Assembly: GCF_006345805.1 (NCBI RefSeq) | Contig: NC_042997.1 | Location: 167,648,001-167,712,000, forward strand | Length of the DNA stretch: 64,000 bases | Reading direction: 5' to 3' | From: Octopus sinensis | Taxonomy: Eukaryota | Shown here: in pieces, positions 37,262 to 49,605 of the stretch | How positions within the stretch are numbered: the first letter of the stretch is position 1 | Layout: each line of letters opens with the position of its first letter | Position numbers and translations under genes: made by a program | Notes under the pieces: generated by a model | Databases searched by the model: none | What the model was told of the DNA's origin: nothing | The model's input: only the letters and a program-made list of their open reading frames with translations

Positions 37262-38822
37262 ATCATCAGCTAGTAATGAAAACTCATTCCACTCGCAAAA
37301 TACTATATGCTTTTTCCAGCGACAAACTGTTGCTGATCTTGAAAAAGGAGAAATAAGCTATATTAAATCTCTGAGTGAGATATAAACAGTAGCAATATGG
37401 AATCATAACATATAAATGTCAACCAAGTGTGGCGTCCTAAAAAGGACAGTGCTACTGACGTTTATAGACTCAGGAAGACATCTCTTCCAGCTGGCTAACG
37501 ACACTCATTGTGTCCGAATGTTATTTGTGAGGGTAGGTCATTGCTACCAGCTCTAGCCTTACTCGCAAAATACTATATGTGAGATCAGCAACAGTTTGTT
37601 GCTGAAAAAGTATTTTGTGAGTGGAATGAATTTTCATCACTAGCTGGTGATGAACACACACAAAGCTATTCTATAGAGGGCTGGTGGAGTTTAGAAACGA
37701 TGATGTCTTAGGAGGGGCTCTGGGGTTTGACGAGAACCAACTCGCCAACCTGTTTAGTAGGACTGTTAGATCGGGGTATTTGGATAATTACCTAAAATCC
37801 CTAGCCTGGCAGTGCTACAGGAATGCTCTACCTGTTCGCGAAAAGTTATCCAGGCACGGAGTTTGAGTGCCACTGACTTGCCCAAGATGTGGGCTGGACA
37901 ACGAAACCGTCCAGCACACTTTTGTAGAATGTTGGGAGCTGTCAAGCTTGATGGCTTTTGTGGAACATGTGTTGTCGCATTTGGGAAGAGTACAGCTATT
38001 GGGTGGATCTATAATAAAGATGGTACTGCCGGCCGGACTCTCAAGGGAAGGTGAGGAATGTTTTCTCTGTACGGTTGCAGTACCGAAAGAGTGCGTATGG
38101 AGAACAAGAATGGAAGGTGTCATGACAGGATCCTTCATCGCTGGCCCCAGTTTGCTAAATTACTTCAGATACCATCTGCAGAGCAAGATAGGGCTGGAGA
38201 GGAAAACCCTGTCGCGTAGGGTATATGAGCAAAGATGGAAGGATGTGATGAGAAAGGTGGGTGCGAGTAACCCAGCTTAAGCATTGATAAAAGGAAAATA
38301 GATAGTCGCTGGGCCTTACAGGCTGCCGGGTGAATCCGCCCGAATTCATTTTTAATTTAAGGAAAAAGAAAAAAGGTGGTGTCAAAAAGGAAAAAAACGA
38401 AGTCAGTTAATTGTACATAAGTGAATGTCATTTGTGAATATTCTCATCCAAACTCAGATATCATTTTTGTGTGTTTGTAACGTCCTGTAATGTACCCCTC
38501 TGTGTTTGATTGTATAATCATAATAAAAATATTCATCACTAGCTGGTGATTAACACACACTGAGGATGGGTAACCACCCAGAAACTCGAATCCGCATGTA
38601 TCACGTAAGGCTAGGGCTGGTTGCGATGACCTGCCCTCACAAATGCCAATTGGACACAGACTATGTCATTAACCATTTGGAAGAGATGTCTTCCTGGGGC
38701 TATAAACGTCAGTAACACTGTCCTTTATAGGACACCACACTTGGTTGGCAATTATATGTTACAATTCTGTAGTGCTACTGTATATATCTCACTCAGAGAT
38801 TTAATATAGCTTATTTCTCCTT
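37262..38822. mobile_element. Penelope-type pseudo-LTR segments in inverted arrangement, with decayed hammerhead at ~38546-38604
   Basis: 37345-37562 is inverted at 38606-38822; 37262-37338 is inverted at 37582-37651; CTGAGGA-tgggt aacc accca-GAAA-ctcgaa-TC motif. Confidence 0.6.
37662..38531 (+). mobile_element. L1-Tx1-type LINE 3' fragment (zf-RVT)
   Basis: SLAWQCYRNALPVREKL..LTCPRCGLDNETVQHTFVEC; aataaaaat end; 29-bp TSD (28/29 identical) at 37633-37661 and 38532-38560. Confidence 0.88.
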
Positions 38823-40739
38823 ACATACATACATATACACACACACACACATACATACAGACAGACAGAGTGTACCTAGATACATAAACATGCGCACATA
38901 TGCGCGAGTTTGTGTGGATGTTTAGAAACTATCAGTTTGGACATTTTTTCTAAGTAAAACAGAAATAAGTTTATTGAAATAAGACCATCATATAATAATG
39001 CTGACTGACAATAAATTAAAGTTACTTTTAACTACAGACTGTCAAACCACATAAACATGGACACGTATGTACAGATACACACGTGTGTTTGTTGATGGGT
39101 GGGTGTGATTAATTATTCATATTGACGCACAATATGAAAGCATGAGAGAAAGAGGGAAAGAGAGAGAGAATTCATTTCACATCAAGAAATTCAATTTTGT
39201 TTTCAGTGAGCTGTAACTAAGGGTGATGTCCGATCAGAGAAAGAAGTGTCACTTAAAGCATAAAAATAATCAGTAGAGGCAGGACAAGATTAGGAAACAG
39301 ATCAATGTACACACACAATCAATCTGTTCTCTACACTTAATTAGTCCTGAACTACGTGGCTTAATAATCAATAGGCAGAAGAAAATCTTGACTGAATTAA
39401 GAAAGAACAAACATAAACGGTGGAAAAAGTGGGCCGAGTCATACCAAAGATGCAAGGCAAATCTGAGTAAGATAACAATAATTAAATTTTTTTGTTGTTG
39501 TTCTTATTAAATGAAAGCAATGACTAGATTGAAGAGAAGAGTATTGATTGTAGTATTGTACTTCTTAGTGTCTATCATTATAGAATACAATTGTAGCTCA
39601 ACTTCTGTCAAGTTTTTTTTTCTCCCGTTTTCTTTCACATGAATATTTCGTAAATTCTAATTTTGATCTCTCCAACGAATGTGAGGAGAATGTTTCTTCA
39701 ATTGTAAATTAGAAAAATTTGAAAATAAACCATATGTGGTAGGTGTGTTAGCGCACATGTGATATAAACACACACACACATATATATATATAATTCTCAC
39801 GCAGTGAAGTTGTTTAGCTCCAGCTGTCCTATCTCACCTTTTCTCCATACACAGTTAACCCAGGATCACATCATCCAATGTGTCATTTTTATGTTTGCTT
39901 TTCTAGCATGCCAAGCAACAATATAAAAGTCTCTCCCTCCACTTTTTATTTTTTTTTCATTATTTTAGTCTGAAGGAATGGATTGTGCCATTGATTTTAC
40001 AAAGCTCCCAAAACTGTTTGGCTTAAGCAGGGCTAAAAAAATCTCAATATGGTGTTAAGCAAACAGGTAGTCATTTTTAGCGTAGATTTTTAAAATCACC
40101 CTGTAACTTTTTACATTATGCCTTTTTCTTGGGACCCCACCACCGTCTTCAATTTTTTTGTGTTTTGAACATGAAATTCAGAAACTGTAGAAAAAGAAAA
40201 GTAATCTTTTTTAATCAAAATCTGATCAGAATTTGGCGGGATTACAACTTCAGTACTTTGTTTATGTTTCGATTTTATTTTAAGTGTATGTGTATAAAAT
40301 CATTAGGAATTGCATTTTTGTCCTTAATTAATAATTAATTGAATCTGGGCATTTAAAATTTTCATTCGTAACGCAGCTGTTCAACAACATCGTACGGCGG
40401 TCAATTTCACTCGACTAAAACCCTTAAAGGTGGTGCCCCAGCATGACCACAGTCGAATGACTGATACAGCTGCTTCATCCCTTGATCCTAATTAATTTCT
40501 TATTAAAAATAAAATTATTATTACATTTATTTATTTGGCACATTCTGAATGTGATATTCAAAACAATAATTAGGAGACAGCTGTTTTTTTTGTTTTGTTC
40601 TATTTTTGATTTAAAGAAATAAAATGAAAATACAGTAAGATATTTTTAGTCCTGTGTTCGACTGCTTCTCCCAACTCTTATTGACTTCTTATTGAACAAG
40701 ATTTAAACACAACTTAGGATCATAACAAACATTTCTTAC

Positions 40740-40791
40740 TGTATTTTCTAGTCCAATGATTTATTAGATCGTTGTAAATACTTGGAGTCAC
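40740..40791 (-). other. Putative 52-nt exon of the divergent transcript (ORF ends SDSKYLQRSNKSLD*)
   Basis: Acceptor ttttttcaacag| and donor ACA|GTAAGA on the minus strand. Confidence 0.35.
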
Positions 40792-41134
40792 CTGTTGAAA
40801 AAAATGTAAGGTGAATTAATAGCTTTAGGGCGCAGAATATACAGAGCTGTTTGTTATTATTGCAGTCTCAGCTGATCAGACTCAACATCGATTTTAATAG
40901 CCAAGGTATTAAGAAAACAAAAAAGCCCTGTAAAGTAGCAAAGCGACATCTAAAACTCCAGCATTACAAGTAAATAATCTGTGGGAATTAGGCTAACGTT
41001 TGCAAACAGTTGACGTGAAGAGTTGACACTCATGATTTTGAGAAAAATTTGTATTGATTAGAACGACCATGTATTTTTTTTACATATATTCATTGTTATT
41101 TCAACAGGTAGCTTAGGATTAATAATACACTCAC

Positions 41135-41201
41135 TTGAATTATTTTCAACTTCTAGTAATTCTTTGGAAATCGAAGCAGCTGTTTTTCTTTTTCGTTCCA
41201 T
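41135..41201 (-). CDS. Putative first exon of a divergent small-ORF transcript (MERKRKTAASISKELLEVENNS)
   Basis: ATG at 41201 is open up to a consensus GTGAGT donor (phase 1). Confidence 0.3.
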
Positions 41202-41870
41202 TCGTGTTAATTTTCACGTGTTTATTGTACTGATATGGTATAATGCTAGTCTACATGAAATTAAGCACATGGCTAGCCGGTGTGTAATAAGGAATAGCAG
41301 CATTTAACATTCGTCCGACTCTGTTCCGCACATTATAAATAAGATATTCAAAATACGCCTTATAATAAATAAAAATCAGCTTATAAAATTCTTTATTTCC
41401 TATCTTATCGTTTCATTTTCATAAACTCACCATTCAACTTACACCATCTGAATACAATTATTTCCATGTATTTTTGTGCCACATCGCCAAATCAAATGGT
41501 GGGATAGAAGCTGTTAGAACTAATTTTCGATGTCGTCCTCATCTTTTTCTTAACTTTAAAATAACTAGACAAAGGAATTAGTTTTAAGTTTATTAAGCCA
41601 TTTTAAATTTAATATTAAAAATTTAAATATATATTAATAAAAAAATAAAAGTGCTTTTTAGAAAAAAAATGTTAATCTCGAGTGAGCGGGAGACAAAACG
41701 AGATTTAGCAAATGCAGTCGAAATATTACATGTTGGCATGTGTCAGTTTTGTTGTTGCTTGAGGTATTTATGAATGTTTTTTTAAAATATTTTTTTCACT
41801 CTCATGTCATTTGTTTATATATGACATCTCTGACATCGTAACTAGGAACTATTTTATATAAGATGGTAAG
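41200..41870. promoter_or_regulatory. Probable bidirectional promoter / non-coding first exon region for SLC41A
   Basis: Largely repeat-free stretch with retained CpGs; outward-facing splice donors: + strand GAG|GTATTT (41763) and ATG|GTAAGG (41865), - strand CAA|GTGAGT (41135). Confidence 0.45.
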
Positions 41871-42560
41871 GAACGAAATAAAATGTTTCTATTGTACTAA
41901 ATCTTACTCAACATATCAATAGTTTCCACAAATCATTGGATTTATGACAAACGTGTCAGAAATGTTCGGATGACTTTTCTGTGATATCTTTTTTCACATC
42001 ATCATCATAAGCTTAATTTACTCTTGCTGTTTTGAAAGTACTGTAGCTTTCTTCTACTCTTTTCTTTTATTTTCTACTTTCAAATTATATTAACTTTTGT
42101 TTCCACGTTTCATTCTGTCAATCAAAACTAATCTGGGGTTTTTTTTTTTCATATTTTGTGAGAACCGGTGATAATTCAAGTATTAATTTCTGTCACGTCT
42201 CTACTCCATTGTAATTTGGAAAACTTTCATAATATGACTTTTTATCTTTATTTTTGTTCCACACTCAGTGGTGTGTATACATCTGGAGATGTTTTTTTTA
42301 ACCCTAGGTAGACTGATCCAGCGAATCCATGTTTAAAAAAACATGTCAGTAGATTTGAGGGCGATTCGGGTGTTATTTTTAACACATTCAATAGAAGGCT
42401 ACATCAATAGAAAGGCTACATCGTGTGGTTTATGTCGTAGATGTCTTTTAGGTAGAAGTGTATTTATGTTTTTGCGACCAAAATGCGACAGGATGTACCC
42501 ATAAAAGTAACAGTTGCCTAATGTCGCCGTATCCTACATGCATTTTGTACTCACTAGGAT

Positions 42561-42687
42561 CCAAAGTGGTAACTACATTTGACATTACTGCCAAAGTGAT
42601 AACGGTTTCAGACTTTAGTGCCAAATTGCCAACTACTTCTGGCATTACTGCCAAAATAGTAACCACTTCTGACATTACTGCCAAAGT
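42561..42687 (+). repeat. 30-bp minisatellite, 4.2 units
   Basis: Units start ccaaa at 42561, 42591, 42621, 42651 and 42681. Confidence 0.9.
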
Positions 42688-43005
42688 TGATATGATTTCC
42701 TTAAGAAGCATTTCTCATTAAACTTTCCAAGACGACTGAGTGTTACTTAAGTGATTGGCAATACTTATCCTTACGAAATTAATTTATCCATGTCTCATCA
42801 AAATCATATATTTTCCTGTATTTTACTTTGAAACCTATTAACATATAGAGCAGTTCTTAACTTACACCTCATTCGTGTAACTTATTTTTGCTAACTTATT
42901 TTTGTTTCCTTGCATGGATTTGTTTCTTTTAATGCTTAATGTGAATGACAATATTTCTATATAAGAAATGGATATAATATACCCATCTTTTAACATCAGG
43001 CATAT

Positions 43006-43212
43006 ACTCTTTACTCTTTTACCTGTTTCAGTCATTTGATTGCAGCCATGCTGGAGTACCGCCTTTAGTCGAGCAAATCGACCCCAGGACTTATTCTTTG
43101 TAAGCCTAGTACTTATTCTATCAGTGTCTTTTTGCCGAACCGCTAAGTTACGGGGACGTAAACACACCAGCATCGGTTGTCAAGCGAATGGGAGGAGGGA
43201 CAAACACAGACG
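43006..43212 (-). mobile_element. tRNA-SINE family 3' half
   Basis: Matches 29757-29950. Confidence 0.8.
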
Positions 43213-45189
43213 TATATGACTAGCAGGAAGAGGAGATGAAAACAAGAACAACATAGAAGCTACTGAGAAAGTATCTATATAGCTCTGGCTGAAAAGAGGT
43301 GATTAGGAGTTCAGTAGAATGCCACTTGGACACAAGCCTAGGCTTCATCAACCCAAGTTAAATCACCTGGACAAGGGTGTATGCTATATGACACAAAATA
43401 CCCAGTGATTTCAGGATACAACACTGATAGTGTGACCAAGTGTCACATCTGTAGATAGATGTTGAACTGATTGTTTGACATGTATTCTTTTCCCAAAAAC
43501 ATTAGCAGTGTAAGTAAATCTTGCTTAGAACTCATGCCTGACAGTGTCTGGATAGTTTTCTTCCTTCTATATCCAAGAATGAGTTCCTTATTTCTTCATC
43601 CTCTCCAAAACATCAATCTTCCTACAATGTTGATATTGATTTGGCATTCGTTTCCTTGGTAGGAAAATTGCGTAATGCTTACAAGGGAAATGTATTAATT
43701 TTGGCAGGTGAATCAGTAGTACTTTACTAATGACACAATGTCTGTAGCATTCCTATTTTAATTAAGTAGTTAACAGCAGGAAAGGTGCTCAGCTATAAAA
43801 CCATTATCTAAATCTGCAAAACTGCACAACCTATACAATCACAGAAAAATAAAATGCAAAACAATTGTTTTTGTTTTTTTCTTTGTTGGCTTCTTTTGCA
43901 CCAGTTTTAATAGAAATGTTTTGACCTCCACAAATATAAGTTTAGAATTTTAGTCACACAAAACAGAAACTCTTGGAATAAATCAAATCTAATCTAGATC
44001 ACATGAAGAGCAGCTGGAGAGTTAGCATTCTGAAAAGCTATCTACCACTTGTCAGTACAGGTGTTGTGTCAGACTATATCTAAGTACAGTCATAGTTACA
44101 CAAAATCCCTTACATTGAGAAGCTTTTTCTTCTTTTCAGCTGAATAATTGAACTCTGACACTGAAGCGATAACAACCTTGAATAGTCTTAATCAACGTAT
44201 AAAATGCATGCAATGCTAATATTAGCATATGAATGACATTCATATCTTCCAGAAAGAAATTGATATAATTCTTTTCATTATTCAATAGCTTATATCTAAT
44301 GTTGTTTTCAATATTCATTCTTCTATCAGCAGTCAGTTACAGTTTTCATTAGCACCTGTTAACTTAGTTCAGTTTTACATTGTTTATTCTAGTGCATTTG
44401 AATCCAATTTCTTTAACATTGCAGTATCTTCATTGTTTCTTATCTTAATTTCCTCAAACTTGTTTGTAGAGTTATATACTACTTGAAAATGTTATCTATT
44501 TTCAAAACTATTTTAAATCAAGTTTAAGAATAACAACAGAACATTTACTGGAGTGAGTCATTAAAATTCATGTTGATTGGGAGTTCAAGTTTCACCTATT
44601 GATTTAGCCAAACAGTCATGCTGGATATGCTGCTAGGTGAAATATGAAGGTCCAGTAAACACAAACTTTACAATAAATTAAGTGTTATTATTAACATGCA
44701 ATGATATCAAGATCACCCTTACTGTCTTTTCTTGGTTTAGTCATCTGAACTTTAGAAATCATCACAAGCTGTTAAATAAATTAAATTTGAGAGCTGAAGC
44801 TATTATTATGCATTTACACAGTGTGCAGACATAAGTGCAAAAATTCTATTTGCTTAGGATGTGCAAACCCAGATTTTCAGGAAGATGTTCTCAGCATTTT
44901 CATTGACTTCCCCCAAATTTTAAAGATTGCAATTGCACTCCCTGCACTTGGTCCTATGTTCTCAGATTATTACATACCACCTATGGGCCTCATTTGAACC
45001 ATATTTTCTGCACTTTGTTCTAGTTCTTTTCACAGATTCATAAAAATGAGCTTTCTCGTGTAATCTCTGACAATAACTTTGAATTGTTCAGTTAGATTTG
45101 GATGTTATAAGAATTTGACACTTTCAGTTTTCATCAATTACTTTTGAAGACAAACTGATGATATAGCAGATATTATATTACTCACATTT

Positions 45190-45410
45190 GATGATGAATT
45201 CCAATATTTTATATACAGGTTTGTCCCCATTAATGGGGGTGGCCAGATCTACCTTACTCCTACAGCAACTGCTCTCACACCATCTCACCTGGTTTTGGGC
45301 ATCCTCCCTCCTCAAGCCAACCCTCCTAATCTCCTCCTCCATGTTTTCTTTGGTTGACCTCACTTTCATGGTTCATTCACATTAAACTCAAGCACTCTCC
45401 TCAGAACATG
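45190..45410 (-). mobile_element. Decayed RTE 3' end
   Basis: EEEIRRVGLRREDAQNQVRW, typical RTE C-terminus. Confidence 0.55.
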
Positions 45411-46193
45411 ATCCTCATCCATACCACAGCATTCCATTCACCCTTGCCAGCTTTTCTATCAATTCTTCCAACCCCAGCATCCCCATCAAGTCCTCAGCCT
45501 TCCTTTTGTCCAATAGTTTCACACCACACACTGCTCTCACCATTGCTCTTTCGGTCCTCAAAATTGCTATTTTGCTCTCCCTCAGACACATTTATCCCAG
45601 AATTTCACAAATTATCATATGGCCATCATACCAACTTTTGATAATGATAAATCTGTTGTTTGCTTTTACAATTAATACTGAGAAACTCTTATTTCTTCAG
45701 CAGCAAAGCAACTGTCACATTTGAATCATATATGCATTGTTATTAACCAATGATGTCATTGTCATATTCTTCTTTATTCAAGTATAGCCATTTTAAGATA
45801 GACACCTTAAATAGTTTAAAGGTAGCCACTTTAAATTTTTAAGCTAACCACCATATATATAGTCTTAATCAGCATGTAATGCTATCTGTTTTAGTGTAAC
45901 AAGGATACCATAACATGAAATACATGAATTTCATATATTTGTCATATGTTAGAGAATAAATAAAATTCATTTGAGAAAATAAGTAAAATTTTTGCTTCCT
46001 GTTGGTCTGTTGAAAATGGATATATTGATCATATGTTCTCCTCTATAATTTCAGCTTTTATTTATCATGTCAAAATATTGATATTCTTAACATCAGTTTT
46101 AGTTTTTTAATCTTCTCACCAACAGTATTGTATTATGGAGGAGTTCCGGCTCTGTTTTTAAAATCTGTTATCTATCTTTTCATGCTAATAATT

Positions 46194-46677
46194 GAAATCG
46201 AAATCAAACACAATGACTGGCGTCCATGCTAGTGGAGCGCTAAGAGTATCATACAAGTGAGATCGTTGCCAGAGTAACAAGCTGGCATCCGTGCTGATGG
46301 CATGTTAAAAACACCATTCGAGTGTGATCGTTACCTGCGTTGCCTTACTAGCACTTGTGCTGGTGGCATGTGAAAAAAAACATTCGAGCGAGGTTGTTGC
46401 CAGTGCTGCTGGACTGGCTCCTGTGCAGGTGGCACATAAAAAGCACCATCTGAGCGTGACCATTGCCAGTACCACCTAACTGGCCCTCGTGCCGGTGGCA
46501 CATAAAGCACCCACTACACTCTCGGGGTGGTTGGCGTCAAGAAGGGCATCCAGCTGTAGAAACTCTGCCAGCTCAAGATTGGAGCCTGGTGCAGTCATCT
46601 GGTTTGCCAGACCTCAGTCAAATCGTTCAACCCATGCTAGCATGGAAAGCGGATGTTAAACGATGATGATGATGATC
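46194..46677 (+). mobile_element. RTE-associated 3' module, diverged subfamily with ~5 array units
   Basis: Starts gaaatcgaaatc; degenerate gtgc(c/t)ggtggca units; conserved body; (GAT)n. Confidence 0.8.
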
Positions 46678-47729
46678 AGTTGCTTACTTCATTGAACCTC
46701 TAGATATATATATACATGGCACCGACACGAGTGCATTTTATGTAGCACCAGCACACGTGTATTTTATGTGGCACCAGCACTTGCAAGACAAAGATGGGTG
46801 AGGGAGTGGGGGAATGGCCATAAAGGACATACCTGCTTAGCTTGACGTGTCTTCTTAAGTGCAGCAAATCCTCAGAAGTCCTGGTCCCTTGTAATCTCTG
46901 TGAAGCCCAGCATCTGAAGATCCAGAAAGTAATTTTTTTTTATTACAGTTGGTTGTGTGGCTTTTTTCTGGATCCAGTATAAAGTAACTGCAGCATTGTC
47001 TCAGGTGTAGCATTACTATTCCATTGTGGGTCTCACCTGGGCTTTGTAGAGGATCGACAATTTTTGTTAACTGATGTATTTCTTGGCTCTGATGTGAAGG
47101 ACAGTCTTGGTGATGCAGTCCTAAATATGTTAGGGATCTGTGCTTGCCACAAGACATATGCAGTATTACTGTGACCTAGCATTGGGAATGATTGCAAGGT
47201 TTCTTGTTGCATGCTGCTTCAATGTTCTTCACTTCTTTCACTTGTAACAACAAATCTCTAATCTATGTAGATATAAGTGTGAGTTTGAGGAAGATGAAAA
47301 CTCTTTAGACAAAGAGAAGAGCTGGCATCATTTTCCACTAAGCTGTGTATTCAGCCTGGCTGTGAATTGAAACAAAAAAGCAAAAAAACAAAAACAAAAC
47401 AAAAGTATACATGGCAGTGTTAGTGGCAGATGGTGATTAAAGTCATGGTGTTACTGACATGGATGATTATTAATATCAATATTCAAATGCTTCTAAATGT
47501 TCTGGCTGATTTATTAAGTGAAATCAGATTCCAAATGACTCCACCCGAATAATTAATTTATGATAGTAATTTATTGTTATTATAATAGTTGTTGTAACAT
47601 GCATGTTTCAAAGCTGCTGTGGGTTGCAGTTAAGTTAATGTTAGCATTACATATTTATACTCATTAATTAACCAGTTGTTCTCAAATTCATAAATCTTCC
47701 TCTATAAATTTGCAACCATTCTACATATA

Positions 47730-48284
47730 CAGGGTGGACCAAAATGATCTGACACATTTGGAGGCTTAATAAAAGCACAAAATAAGAAATAGTGAAAAGA
47801 AAAATTATATTTTCTGATTGTACATATAATGCCATTTTATTTCATTAAGTTTTAAAAATTAAATCAGCTAAATGCTTCCCATCATTGTCAACACACTGTT
47901 GGAGACATTCATGAAAGTTATCGATAACTCTATGGATTATTTCTTCTGGAATGGTTGCTATTTCTTCACAAATTGCACATTTTAATTCATCAATAGATCG
48001 AGGGTGATGACTGAATACTTTTGATTTTAAATATCCCCACAACAAAAAATCACATTTCACCATTCCAGAAGAAATGATCCATAGAGTTATCGATAGCTTT
48101 CATGAACGTCTCCAACAGTGTGTTGACAGTGATGGGAAGCATTGAGCTGATTTAATTTTTAAAACTTAAAGAAATAAAATGGCATTATATGTACATTCAG
48201 AAAATAAAATTTTTCTTTTCATTATTTCTTATTTTGTGCTTTTATTAAGCCTCCAAATGTGTCAGATCATTTTGGTCCACCCTG
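47730..48284. mobile_element. Tc1/mariner fold-back MITE built from two transposase 3' ends
   Basis: 226-bp inverted arms 47730-47955 and 48059-48284; TA on both sides; minus ORF CDFLLWGYLKSKVF..IDELKCAI..FHECLQQCVDNDGKHL is a transposase C-terminus. Confidence 0.92.
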
Positions 48285-48753
48285 TATAACAATACATGGC
48301 TGTGTATTTAAAAAGTTCACTTCCCAGCCACGTATTTTGAGTTCTGTCCTACTCACTGCACAACTTGAATGTCTTCTATTATAGCCCTGTGAGTTATAAA
48401 CTAACTGAAAAAATGTCATCAACTATATATGTGTGTGTGTACTTGTTTAAATTTACACATTTTTAATTATTGCTGAGCAGCGACATTGTTGTCATTTCTC
48501 CTGTCAACAAGTTGTCCACTGGCTTCATATTTTTGAAGATGTGGGTTAAAAGATCCTTAAAAACCAGGTAAATGTTTGCAAGAAGAAGAACATTCAGCTG
48601 TAAAATAATGCCTCAATAGTACATTTGTCTGACCCATATAAAGATGATACAAACATTTCCATGAATTGTGATTTATCTTTGTTTTTTTTTTTAATTTCAG
48701 CGCAACATCCATTCAACTTTTGAGATTAGAAATGAAAATTTTACTATGGGAAA

Positions 48754-49188
48754 ATGTCTTCCAGTCCAGAACATGAAAACAAAGTTCGACGTAGGATAAT
48801 GGTTCCACGAATCAGCCATGAGAGCTCGAGTGGCATTGCCAGTGAAAAAGATTCCAAGACAGCCCCGTATGATTTAAAATCCAGTCACTCAACTAATATG
48901 CCTGAGGAAATTCCTCTGTCAGACTTTAGGAATGGGAATGAAAACCTGCATTTAGAAGGTGCAGCCAATAGTCTTCTGTTGGATGAAGACTTGACTAGTG
49001 ATATAAAAGCACCATTGTTACCATTGCAGGAAGATGACCATTCCCGTGAAGATGAAATTGAAATAGATGTAAAAACTATATCAGAGAGTGATGAGAGTGC
49101 ACTTAGTATTTGTCTGCAAGTCTTCATACCATTTATCATTGCAGGGTTTGGCACGGTTGGTGCCGGTATGGTGTTAGATATTGTCCAG
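48754..49188 (+). CDS. SLC41A1: SLC41A (MgtE-family) magnesium transporter, first coding exon (exon 48701-49188)
   Basis: Acceptor ttttttaatttcag at 48700; in-frame TGA at 48733 upstream of ATG 48754; peptide ends ...LSICLQVFIPFIIAGFGTVGAGMVLDIVQ (SLC41 TM1); phase-0 donor CAG|GTGAGT at 49188/49189. Which vertebrate paralogue it is closest to cannot be told from this window. Confidence 0.95.
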
Positions 49189-49605
49189 GTGAGTCAAATA
49201 CTTTATTAACATAGCAGAACTTTTCAAGTGTTTACTCAGGCAAGACAAAAATATATTTTTTCAGACATTTGCTTCTTTCTACAATTGTGTGTTTTAAGAT
49301 GATAGATTATTAACTAGGGTTATTATTTCAAATTTTTTGTAGAACTATTTGTTTTGTAAACTTTGCTGTAGTACATTGCAGTAATGGTACTTTACTCTAA
49401 TGTCCTCAGCATCTACTCTGTACAAGTGTGCTAATAGTAAGATTAACTAGCCATTCCTTTCAGAATTACCTGAATCCAAAGAACTAAATCTGTTTTGTAA
49501 TATTTAGTAAATGAGAAACAGCTTTTTTTCTATCCCCTTTGAATAAGACATTGATCTACCACAGGTAGCTTTTCACATAAGTCCAAACCATGCTAGCATA
49601 AAAAT

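Noticed and set aside
48995-49026. Dileucine sorting signal (SDIKAPLL) in the SLC41A N-terminus
   Set aside because: Spacing does not fit [DE]xxxL[LI]; unsupported without conservation data.
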